Assembly (NCBI GenBank): GCA_017619535.1
Contig: JAFZSD010000025.1
Span: 878 to 64,877 of the forward strand
DNA length: 64,000 nt
Source of the DNA: Oscillospiraceae bacterium
Lineage (GTDB): Bacteria > Bacillota > Clostridia > Oscillospirales > Oscillospiraceae
Direction of reading: 5' to 3'
Shown: one piece after another, positions 1 to 7,022 of the stretch
Layout: every line of letters starts with the position of its first letter
How positions within the stretch are numbered: the first letter of the stretch is position 1
Made by a program: the position numbers and the translations under genes
Notes under the pieces: generated by a model
Told to the model about the DNA's origin: nothing
The model's database searches: none
Seen by the model: the letters and a program-made list of their open reading frames with translations, nothing else

Positions 1-141
1 GGCCTGCTTGCCGTCGATGAAACGGTTGATGAGCGCCGTCTTGCCTACGCGGCGGCGCCCGTAGAGGACGACAAACTCAAACTTGCCGGAGTTATACAGA
101 TTGTTCAGGGAGGCGAGCTCCCGCTCTCTGCCGATAAACAT
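1..141 (-). CDS. AAA+ ATPase (archaeal-ATPase/DUF234-like), N-terminal 47 codons only; gene runs off the left edge
   Basis: Reverse translation from ATG at 141-139: MFIGRERELASLNNLYNSGKFEFVVLYGRRRVGKTALINRFIDGKQA, with Walker A GRRRVGKT. Absent from the ORF track because it is open-ended. Confidence 0.65.
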   Translation of the reverse strand, partial: MFIGRERELASLNNLYNSGKFEFVVLYGRRRVGKTALINRFIDGKQA

Positions 142-191
142 GTAGACTACCCCCATGTTAGGTTGCCTATATTATAGCACACGGCATAATA

Positions 192-230
192 AATAGTCAA
201 GTACGATTAGGCAAATCGTACTTGACTATT
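192..230 (-). terminator. Perfect 17-bp inverted repeat hairpin between the RHH gene and the ATPase start
   Basis: AATAGTCAAGTACGATT (192-208) / AATCGTACTTGACTATT (214-230) with a 5-nt loop. On the minus strand it is followed by TTTATTAT. Confidence 0.5.
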
Positions 231-248
231 TTCTGCGTATAAATGAAT

Positions 249-274
249 GCGGGCATCCACGCTTGGATGCCCGC
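249..274 (-). terminator. 11-bp stem hairpin just downstream of the RHH gene
   Basis: GCGGGCATCCA (249-259) / TGGATGCCCGC (264-274). Lies 38 nt past the stop of the minus-strand ORF 312..494. Confidence 0.45.
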
Positions 275-311
275 TGAATTATTCTTGTCCATTCGGTCCG
301 AATTGACCAGA

Positions 312-494
312 TTACTGCTTCTCGATCTTCCCGTGCTCTCTTTCAAACTCCTCGATGGCCTTGCGGATCAGGTAGATCACTTCGCCGTTGGCCGAGCGGC
401 CCTCGTACTGAGAGATATAGTGCAGTTTATAGTGAAGCTCGCTGTCGATGCGCAACCCGAGGTGCTTATCCTTTTCCTTCTTCAGAGCGTCCAT
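312..494 (-). CDS. Small ribbon-helix-helix (Arc/CopG/HicB-antitoxin-like) DNA-binding protein, 60 aa
   Basis: ORF-track protein MDALKKEKDKHLGLRIDSELHYKLHYISQYEGRSANGEVIYLIRKAIEEFEREHGKIEKQ. The basic beta-strand LGLRID followed by two helices is the typical RHH layout. Confidence 0.6.
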   Translation of the reverse strand: MDALKKEKDKHLGLRIDSELHYKLHYISQYEGRSANGEVIYLIRKAIEEFEREHGKIEKQ

Positions 495-606
495 GCCAAG
501 CCCTCCATGTACTTGATATAAGATAACTTGAGTTTATTTCAAGTACATGTTAGAATGTGTAGAGTGTACTTACTTTAAGTACACAACATTTGAAGAGGGT
601 GAGGAT

Positions 607-918
607 ATGGAGGCAGTCGGAAGGGCGTTTTTCGTCAGATCTCCGCGCAGGATCGAGAATCTGCAGACGCTGCATCTGGTTGAGAGGGAGCGTCCGTTTG
701 AGATTGTCAAAACGGTGAAGCTGGCAAAGATCGACTATGAGAATTTCATCACGGACATGTTGGCCGACCGGCAGTTCATCGAGGATCACGCCGCGCTTTG
801 CTCAAAGGGAAGGGTGTGGCGCTGCATCCTGATCCAGCTGCGTGGCCACATGGACGGCGTGCTTGTGATGCCGGAAGACGGCTGCTATGTCGGCTGGGCG
901 GCGTATTACAGCGAATAA
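607..918 (+). CDS. Conserved hypothetical protein (103 aa), family not recognised
   Basis: ORF 547..918. The internal ATG at 607 (MEAVGRAFFVRSP...) is preferred over the upstream start, which lies inside an AT-rich palindromic spacer. A hairpin follows the stop. Confidence 0.45.
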   Translation: MEAVGRAFFVRSPRRIENLQTLHLVERERPFEIVKTVKLAKIDYENFITDMLADRQFIEDHAALCSKGRVWRCILIQLRGHMDGVLVMPEDGCYVGWAAYYSE

Positions 919-922
919 AACG

Positions 923-950
923 GCCCCTGCCTTCTTCTTAAGGCAGGGGC
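923..950. terminator. Bidirectional hairpin between convergent genes
   Basis: GCCCCTGCCT (923-932) / AGGCAGGGGC (941-950). The T-run (GTTTTATT) is on the minus-strand side. Confidence 0.5.
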
Positions 951-965
951 TGAGCCGTAGTATGC

Positions 966-1100
966 TTATTCTTCGTCCTTCACCGGCGGTTCGGATAGAA
1001 AGGTGTCCATCATAAAACATGCCCCCAACCGGAAGCCGGTGACAAAGCCGTCCAAGGTGGAGTCGCTATTGAACGTGAACCAGGCGTCGGCGAAAGTGGA
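966..1100 (-). pseudogene. 3' relic (about 44 codons) of the repeated small acidic protein gene (copy A)
   Basis: Reverse translation STFADAWFTFNSDSTLDGFVTGFRLGACFMMDTFLSEPPVKDEE* aligns with the C-terminal halves of ORFs 1174..1473 and 3817..4122. There is no N-terminal half or start codon. Confidence 0.7.
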
Positions 1101-1173
1101 GACGGCAAAGAATTACACTTTTCAATAGAGAATTGGAGCTAAAAAACACACTTTTCAAATTTGCCTGCTGATC

Positions 1174-1473
1174 CTACCCCTCCAGAAAGCTTTCGCGCTG
1201 TGCGTCGTCGCTCAAAAAGGTATCCATCATAAACCGCGCTCCGAGCCGAAAGCCGGTGACGAAGCCGTCCAGGGTAGAGTCGCCGTTGAACGAGGACCAG
1301 GCGTCGGCAAAGTCCAGGAAGCGCTTCTTTTCCTCGCCGGTCAGCGTATCGGCAAGAAACTCCTCGTCCTCCCGGATCGTCTGCATCGTGCACTGCACGC
1401 TCTCGTTTTCCTCAAAGCCGCTGTTCTGCGGATCGATATTGCCGTAATAGAGCTCCTCAATAAAGCTTTTCAT
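1174..1473 (-). CDS. Small acidic conserved protein, copy B (99 aa); family not confidently named
   Basis: MKSFIEELYYGNIDPQNSGFEENES... shares most positions over the first ~85 residues with ORF 3817..4122. AAGGAG SD lies 8 nt upstream. Confidence 0.75.
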   Translation of the reverse strand: MKSFIEELYYGNIDPQNSGFEENESVQCTMQTIREDEEFLADTLTGEEKKRFLDFADAWSSFNGDSTLDGFVTGFRLGARFMMDTFLSDDAQRESFLEG

Positions 1474-1590
1474 GTCGTTTCTCCTTGTATTTTTTAGGAG
1501 AAACCCGTGCGTTTTCTGCCTGAAAACATAGATTTTGCAACTTTTTTAAATGTGCTTGCTCAGATACGTTATTCACCGCTTGACCAAACT
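1474..1590 (-). repeat. Conserved leader/promoter block, copy 1 (also at 4123-4238 and, truncated, 6661-6750)
   Basis: Near-identical strings GAAACCCGTGCGTTTTCTGCCTGAAAACATAGATTTTGCAAC...GTGCTTGCTCA...CGTTATTCACCGCTTGACCA occur in all copies. Confidence 0.85.
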
Positions 1591-1650
1591 GGGACAAACG
1601 GAGTCAAACGGAGACATATAGGGACATATGGCGACATATGAGGACTTACG
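1591..1650. repeat. Six tandem 10-bp repeats (iteron-like), consensus GRGACAWAYG
   Basis: gggacaaacg gagtcaaacg gagacatata gggacatatg gcgacatatg aggacttacg, exactly in 10-bp register, directly upstream (minus sense) of leader block 1. Confidence 0.85.
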
Positions 1651-1937
1651 GAAAATCCCTCCCCCGCAACGGTTGCACATTTGCTTGAAGAACAGAACGC
1701 AACAGGAATCCAGACTGACAAGATTGCTGTTGCGTTCTTTGTCTCCCAGGTTATGCACCCAGCAAAACCCTTTTCAGTTTGGAGTTGACTTTCTGTTTGA
1801 ATGCATAATATACCAAGGCATATTTCTGTTCGTTTTCAATTCACGATAGCTACACAAGTTAAAACGCAGAAACACACATGCTATATTATACATATTCTCT
1901 GGAATGATTATTAAACACGGAAATTCCGTTTTTAATG

Positions 1938-1966
1938 TTGACAATTAGGGTATACTATCTTATAAT
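1938..1966 (+). promoter_or_regulatory. Canonical sigma-70 type promoter for the ATPase/Toprim operon
   Basis: TTGACA (1938-1943), 17-nt spacer, TATAAT (1961-1966). The 13-bp palindrome ACGGAAATTCCGT sits just upstream. Confidence 0.65.
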
Positions 1967-2024
1967 TGCGGCAGGTGAAAGCGTTAATTACAGAAAATGT
2001 GTTATTAGCATTGGAGGTGCAGCT

Positions 2025-3218
2025 ATGATTCTCTTGAAACTGTGCGTGTCAGGATTGCCGTTATTTCAAGGCAAATGTGAAATTGACTTCATGGCCCAAC
2101 AAAGAGTAACTGAGGAAAATGCTGAACAGATGGCACGAGTTTTCTCAACTGGATTGCAGGATTTTCACAAAAATAATGTCTTGTCGTTTATTGGCATCAA
2201 TGCTTCCGGCAAAACAACCTTGCTCAAATTGATTTCTTTTTCTTTAGGTTTGCTCAACAACGAACCCATTAATACGATTGACTGCGTCGAAGTATTAGAT
2301 GGAGTAATAGAAGGCAATCAAGTAGTATTTGAATTCTATTTCTATGCTAAGAATGGGTCTACCTACCCCTTCGATGGAAATGGCGCTATTAATTTCCTCC
2401 AGACAACTATCACTCGGAGGAAAAACAAATTTGTCATCATCTATGAAACGCTAAAGTCAAAACCTGTGGACAAAACAATGCGGAAGAAGAACTTGTTCGA
2501 TTTTTCTTCCGTCGAAATCAACATGTCAAGGCAACATATTAATTCAGAGTTTTTGCTTGATGATGTCAGTATCATGGTTGCTTTTAATAAAAGGAACAAA
2601 GAAGAACTCTTATTAATTGATATGTTGCAGTATACCAATGACAACCACCTGAACATTTCCGAAGATTGTCCTCTTGAATTAATTGCTTTCTTTGATCCAA
2701 GCGTTGAATATCTGAAGTTGAAGAGCACTGACACCAATACCGATATTTGTTTGAAATTCAAGGGAAAAGAAGAGATCATCCTCAAGCAGCTATCAGAATT
2801 AAATAGATATCTCTCATCAGGTACCATCAAGGGCATTAATGTGTTTCTCAGCGCAATGAACACTTTTAAGACGGGCGGCTACCTTGTTGTTGATGAATTG
2901 GAAAACCATTTCAACCGTGAGATTGTTTCGACAATCATACGCTTTTATATGGATCCAAAAGTAAACTATAATGGTGCCACACTGGTGTTCTCCACGCATT
3001 ACCCTGAGTTGTTGGATGAATTTGAACGCAACGATAACATCTACATTGTAAGAAACAGACAGGGTATTACTGCAGAGAATCTGTCCACAATTCTTAAACG
3101 CAATGATATTAAAAAGAGCGAAGCATATCAAAGTGACTTTCTTGAGGGCACTGTGCCTGCATATGATGCCTATATAGGTTTAAAGAAATCCTTGATCCGA
3201 AACGGCAAGGAGGACTAA
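2025..3218 (+). CDS. ABC-type (AAA_15/AAA_21-like) ATPase of abortive-infection/OLD/PARIS AriA type, 397 aa
   Basis: Start ATG 2025 with GGAGGTG SD. Walker A GINASGKTT, Walker B YLVVDELE, H-loop-like VFSTHYPELL. N-terminus MILLKLCVSGLPLFQGKCEIDF is typical of this family. Strongly AT-rich compared with the core DNA. Confidence 0.75.
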   Translation: MILLKLCVSGLPLFQGKCEIDFMAQQRVTEENAEQMARVFSTGLQDFHKNNVLSFIGINASGKTTLLKLISFSLGLLNNEPINTIDCVEVLDGVIEGNQVVFEFYFYAKNGSTYPFDGNGAINFLQTTITRRKNKFVIIYETLKSKPVDKTMRKKNLFDFSSVEINMSRQHINSEFLLDDVSIMVAFNKRNKEELLLIDMLQYTNDNHLNISEDCPLELIAFFDPSVEYLKLKSTDTNTDICLKFKGKEEIILKQLSELNRYLSSGTIKGINVFLSAMNTFKTGGYLVVDELENHFNREIVSTIIRFYMDPKVNYNGATLVFSTHYPELLDEFERNDNIYIVRNRQGITAENLSTILKRNDIKKSEAYQSDFLEGTVPAYDAYIGLKKSLIRNGKED

Positions 3219-3220
3219 TC

Positions 3221-3742
3221 ATGAACCTTACCAAGTATGTTGCTTGCATTTGCGAGGGTTCAGCTGAGCGAGCCATTATCAAGCTTCTTTTGGATGAAAA
3301 CCGACTGATTTTCACTTGGGATGATCTACTTGAAGGTGAAATCCTCCGCTGCCGAAACGCTAAGAAATTTGAGGAACAGCATTTAAGAAAAGGGTTTACA
3401 GATAAAATTACCGTTTTGAGAATTCTAGATTCAAGGCGTGAGAGATTTAAACTGAGTAAAGCCTACGCCAGCAAAATTGATGTTGTGAATGTAATTACGG
3501 CGCCTGAAATTGAGATGCTCGTTATATTTGCAGAAGGAAAATACGACGAATATAAGAAGTCGAAAAAGAAGCCAAGTACATTTTGCAAAGAAGATTTAAA
3601 AATCAGCGATGTAAAAAGCATTCAATTTGTCGAGTCGTATTTTGCTGACATTGAAGTTCTTATTTCCGCCATTCGCGAATATCGGCGAGTTTCCAGCATT
3701 CAAAGAGGCGAATATGCGTTATCAGACTTATTGAACGAATAA
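3221..3742 (+). CDS. Small Toprim-like (RloB/DUF4276-like) protein, 173 aa, partner of the ATPase
   Basis: Starts 2 nt after the ATPase stop. N-terminal acidic motif VACICEGSAERAII and downstream APEIEMLVIF resemble Toprim/DUF4276 signature positions. The assignment is motif-level only. Confidence 0.5.
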   Translation: MNLTKYVACICEGSAERAIIKLLLDENRLIFTWDDLLEGEILRCRNAKKFEEQHLRKGFTDKITVLRILDSRRERFKLSKAYASKIDVVNVITAPEIEMLVIFAEGKYDEYKKSKKKPSTFCKEDLKISDVKSIQFVESYFADIEVLISAIREYRRVSSIQRGEYALSDLLNE

Positions 3743-3779
3743 CAGCATAATGGGTTTTTATAGAGGAGAAAGTGCAAAT

Positions 3780-3811
3780 GATCCAGCCTTGCCGTTTGGC
3801 AGAGCTGGATC
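3780..3811. terminator. Strong bidirectional hairpin between convergent cargo and backbone genes
   Basis: GATCCAGC...GCTGGATC outer stem plus TGCC/GGCA inner stem. Lies between stop 3742 (+) and stop 3817 (-). Confidence 0.6.
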
Positions 3812-3816
3812 GTCAT

Positions 3817-4122
3817 TTATATTTCGTCTTTCTGATAATCTGTGCTGGATGCTTTCAACGTGACGAAAGCATCCAGCATGAACCCTGCTCCCAAACGGAA
3901 GCCGGTGACGAAACCGTCCAGGGTAGCCTCGCCGTTGAAGGCGGACCAGGCGTCGGCAAAGTCGAGAAAGCGCTTCTTCTCCTCGCCGGTCAGGGTATCG
4001 GCAAGAAAGTCCTCATTCTCCCGGATCGTCCGCATCGTGCGCTGCACGCCCTCGTCATCCTCAAAACCGCTGTTCTGCGGGTCGATATTGCCGTAATAGA
4101 GCTCCTCAATAAAGCTTTTCAT
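3817..4122 (-). CDS. Small acidic conserved protein, copy C (101 aa)
   Basis: MKSFIEELYYGNIDPQNSGFEDDEG... is a paralog of 1174..1473. Its C-terminal ~18 aa diverge and are encoded by a 14-bp perfect inverted repeat (3843-3878). Confidence 0.75.
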   Translation of the reverse strand: MKSFIEELYYGNIDPQNSGFEDDEGVQRTMRTIRENEDFLADTLTGEEKKRFLDFADAWSAFNGEATLDGFVTGFRLGAGFMLDAFVTLKASSTDYQKDEI

Positions 4123-4238
4123 ATCGTTTCTCCTTGTACTATTTTAGGAGAAACCCGTGCGTTTTCTGCCTGAAAACATAGATTTTTCAACGTTTTTTAC
4201 TGTGCTTGCTCACATCCGTTATTCACCGCTTGACCATT
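4123..4238 (-). repeat. Conserved leader/promoter block, copy 2
   Basis: Aligns base-for-base with 1474-1590 apart from scattered substitutions. Confidence 0.85.
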
Positions 4239-4300
4239 GGAGACTTATGACGAAATATGAGGATTTATGAAGACTTATGCGGACTTATGAGGCTTTACGT
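4239..4300. repeat. Six tandem 10-bp repeats (iteron-like), consensus GACTTATGMG
   Basis: ggagacttat gacgaaatat gaggatttat gaagacttat gcggacttat gaggctttac, in the same position relative to the leader block as 1591-1650 but with a different core (TTATG vs ATATG). Confidence 0.85.
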
Positions 4301-4400
4301 CAATCTCGCTACCGGCAAAATAATCTAATATGCATCGGCATATAATCTTGATATATTGCCGATAATGTGCTATAATAGGCAACGAAAGCGAGGGAAAGCC

Positions 4401-5297
4401 ATGTACTATCTTTCTGTTTCGGAAGCGGCAAAAAAGTGGGGAATATCTGAACGCAGCGTGCGGAACTACTGCGCACAAGGCAGAGTCGACGGGGCGATTC
4501 TGGTTGGTAAGACCTGGCGCATTCCGCAGAATGCCGAAAAGCCGGATCGACTCAACAAGCACAGTGATAAGCCGAAATCGCTTCTGGAGGTGTTGAAAGC
4601 CGAAAAGGCGGCCAAGCTCCACGGCGGTATTTATCATAAGATCCAAATCGAACTGACCTACAACTCCAACCACATCGAGGGCAGCCGGCTCACCCACGAT
4701 CAGACTCGCTATATCTTTGAGACAAACACCATCGGCATTACCGACGCCGCAGTAAAGGTGGACGATGTGGTTGAAACGGCCAATCATTTCAAATGCATCG
4801 ATATGATCATCGACAATGCCGCTTATGCCCCCAGTGAGTCGTTCATTAAGCAGCTCCACGCCGTGCTGAAAAGCGGGACTACCGATTCGCGACAGGACTG
4901 GTTTGCCGTAGGCGATTACAAAATGCTTCCCAACGAAGTTGGAGGCATGGATACCACCTCGCCGGAGTACGTCGCCGAGCGTATGAAAAAACTGCTGGCC
5001 GAGTATAACGCGGTCAAAGAGAAGTCTTTTGACGACTTGCTGGACTTTCATTACCGCTTCGAGCGGATCCACCCGTTTCAGGACGGAAACGGCAGAGTCG
5101 GGCGGTTGCTTCTCTTTAAAGAATGCCTGCGGAATAACATGGTGCCGTTTATCATCGACGAGGAACTCAAGCTGTATTACTATCGCGGCTTGAAGGAATG
5201 GGAGCACGAGCGCGGTTATCTCCGGGACACCTGCTTGACTGCGCAGGACAAGTTCAAGAAGTATCTGGATTATTTCAAGGTGCCGTATGAGGGCTGA
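4401..5297 (+). CDS. Fic family protein with N-terminal MerR/excisionase-type HTH, 298 aa
   Basis: MYYLSVSEAAKKWGISERSVRNYCAQGRV (HTH). Fic motif HPFQDGNGRVGR is present. ATG 4401 chosen within ORF 4356..5297. Confidence 0.85.
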   Translation: MYYLSVSEAAKKWGISERSVRNYCAQGRVDGAILVGKTWRIPQNAEKPDRLNKHSDKPKSLLEVLKAEKAAKLHGGIYHKIQIELTYNSNHIEGSRLTHDQTRYIFETNTIGITDAAVKVDDVVETANHFKCIDMIIDNAAYAPSESFIKQLHAVLKSGTTDSRQDWFAVGDYKMLPNEVGGMDTTSPEYVAERMKKLLAEYNAVKEKSFDDLLDFHYRFERIHPFQDGNGRVGRLLLFKECLRNNMVPFIIDEELKLYYYRGLKEWEHERGYLRDTCLTAQDKFKKYLDYFKVPYEG

Positions 5298-5312
5298 TGA
5301 GTTTCTGCTTGA

Positions 5313-6524
5313 ATGACAATAAACGCCAATAGCGTGAATTCAGAAGAAAAGGCCAATATGTATGCAGGAGAATTTGATATGGATTTCAACGATGTGATTT
5401 CATTTATTCAATCAGCCACTCCAGAGCTAAACGATTCGTATTGCTTTGTAAATGGTTCTTTGATGCGATTGGATCAAATAGAGAGTATGGGCTACCGCGA
5501 ATTTTGGATGCGCTCCAAGCTGAATATGCCGAAAAAGCTATATAAGTATTATTCAAATATAAGCAAAGAAAAGGATGGCATAGAGATTAACCATTCGCAT
5601 CAGGCACTTGAAAACAATACCGTGTTCATGCAATCACCAAGCGAATTTGATGATGTGTACGATTCCGATATACATATTGAATATGGAGATTATGAGAAGT
5701 ACCGGTTGCTTGAATACTGTCATCGCAGTCAGCTGAGTATTGAAAGCAATGCAACTTCTCAAGAACTCGGTGACAGTTTTTTGCATTGGATATTTGAGAC
5801 TTACCACCGTACACATTCATTTGACAGTTTCTTCCCAAAAAACCCAGAATCAGGGCTTGAAGAATTATCAAATTATAATTTCAGCTTAAGTCTGCAAAAC
5901 CAACTTCAGAAAGGGCTGGACTGGGGCAATGCATTGGCAAAAGTTATCAGAACGGAGTACGAGGGGTTTACTTCCCAGCTCAAGACGACATTTAGAACCG
6001 CTTGCTTCACCACGACTCCGTATTCTCAGCTTATGTGGGGCGGAGCATATGCGGATTGTCATAGAGGATTCTGCATTGAGTATACTGTTTTGCCAGAGAA
6101 TATAAACTATCAGGAAGTCTATCAAAATCTGTTTCCCATGGTTTATTGCAGAGCAAGACCAAATGTTTCTGCGCGAATCGTTGCTTATAAAGACAAACCA
6201 CTAACGGTAGAGAACCTTTGGGATATTTATTTTCATGGAGCTTTGCGGAAAAGCATAGACTGGACCTACCAGAATGAGTGGAGGTTGTTGCTTCCATTAG
6301 GGCGAGCTAAGGGGACGAATTATAACATTCTGTTCTTCCCAATAACAAAAGTCTTTCTCGGAAATAGAATGGCCCCGGAAAAGCGGGAAAAAATAATAGA
6401 GATCTGTCAGAGCAGAAATATCCCCTATGTTGGAGTTACACGAAATCCGGATTATTTTGAAATGCAAGAATGCGATGTGCAATGTGAGGATTGCCCTCAA
6501 TACAAGGTTTGTATTAAAGACTAA
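5313..6524 (+). CDS. DUF2971 family protein, 403 aa
   Basis: LYKYYS...NNTVFMQSPSEFDDVYDS, CFTTTPYSQLMWGGAYADCHRGFCIEY and YQNEWRLL match the characteristic DUF2971 motif order. AT-rich. The start could instead be ATG 5358. Confidence 0.7.
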   Translation: MTINANSVNSEEKANMYAGEFDMDFNDVISFIQSATPELNDSYCFVNGSLMRLDQIESMGYREFWMRSKLNMPKKLYKYYSNISKEKDGIEINHSHQALENNTVFMQSPSEFDDVYDSDIHIEYGDYEKYRLLEYCHRSQLSIESNATSQELGDSFLHWIFETYHRTHSFDSFFPKNPESGLEELSNYNFSLSLQNQLQKGLDWGNALAKVIRTEYEGFTSQLKTTFRTACFTTTPYSQLMWGGAYADCHRGFCIEYTVLPENINYQEVYQNLFPMVYCRARPNVSARIVAYKDKPLTVENLWDIYFHGALRKSIDWTYQNEWRLLLPLGRAKGTNYNILFFPITKVFLGNRMAPEKREKIIEICQSRNIPYVGVTRNPDYFEMQECDVQCEDCPQYKVCIKD

Positions 6525-6603
6525 AATGTAAAGACAAACTCCTCGCGAGCAAGATTCTACTATTTGAAATATCAACACTCTCAAAAATATGTTTTCCCAT
6601 TTT

Positions 6604-6639
6604 GAAACAGCAGCCGCTGAATTATGCGGCTGCTGTTTC
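6604..6639 (+). terminator. Rho-independent-type hairpin after the DUF2971 gene
   Basis: GAAACAGCAGCCGC (6604-6617) / GCGGCTGCTGTTTC (6626-6639). Confidence 0.6.
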
Positions 6640-6660
6640 TGCCTTCGCGTATATTTCAAC

Positions 6661-6750
6661 AAGAAACCCGAGCGCTTTCTGCCTAAAACCATAGATTTTG
6701 CAACGTTTTGAAAACGTGCTGGCTCAAGTGCGTTATTCACCGCTTGACCA
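6661..6750 (-). repeat. Conserved leader/promoter block, copy 3 (orphan: no downstream small gene, no iterons)
   Basis: AAGAAACCCGAGCGCTTTCTGCCTAAAACCATAGATTTTGCAACGTTTTGAAAACGTGCTGGCTCAAGTGCGTTATTCACCGCTTGACCA. Similarity ends at the first arm of the leader hairpin. Confidence 0.8.
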
Positions 6751-6754
6751 CGTT

Positions 6755-6793
6755 AGTACGCAAGCTATGATACAATAGCTTGCGTACTTTTTT
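6755..6793 (+). terminator. 14-bp stem hairpin plus T-run
   Basis: AGTACGCAAGCTAT (6755-6768) / ATAGCTTGCGTACT (6775-6788) followed by TTTTT. Confidence 0.5.
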
Positions 6794-6918
6794 GCGTATC
6801 TCCCCGGGAAAACCCTTGATACAAGGGCAAAGCGAGACAGGTGGGTGCAAATATGCATCTGCCAGTCTCGCTTTTTTGCTTTTTTCGACTTATATGCTCT
6901 AACTAGAGGTTTCTGGAC

Positions 6919-6932
6919 TTGCACCCACCCCC
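6919..6932 (+). repeat. Left copy of the 14-bp direct repeat TTGCACCCACCCCC
   Basis: Identical 14-mer at 9451-9464. Related GGGTGCA...ATCTGC motifs lie nearby on both sides (6841-6863 and 9416-9447). Confidence 0.8.
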
Positions 6933-7022
6933 TATACTTTTTGGCGTTTCTCAAGATACGCCAAAAGGTTCTCTAGAGTTATATTTTATCAAAGAACTCC
7001 TTTATATCGCATTATTCTCCCC

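Noticed and set aside
1573-1849. ORFs 1573..1758 (-) and 1628..1849 (+) overlapping the 10-bp repeat array
   Set aside because: Their openness is explained by the repetitive ATATG units. There is no RBS and no counterpart at the paralogous array 4239-4300.
3772-4173. Plus-strand ORFs 3772..4173 and 3842..4096 (and 1256..1447) opposite the small backbone genes
   Set aside because: The minus-strand frames are conserved between the paralogous copies and have SD sequences. The plus-strand frames are not conserved in the same way.
6297-6954. Minus-strand ORFs 6297..6740 (147 aa) and 6733..6954 (73 aa)
   Set aside because: The first overlaps the DUF2971 3' end, its terminator and the orphan leader repeat. 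The second covers hairpins and repeat motifs. Neither has an RBS or a recognisable motif.
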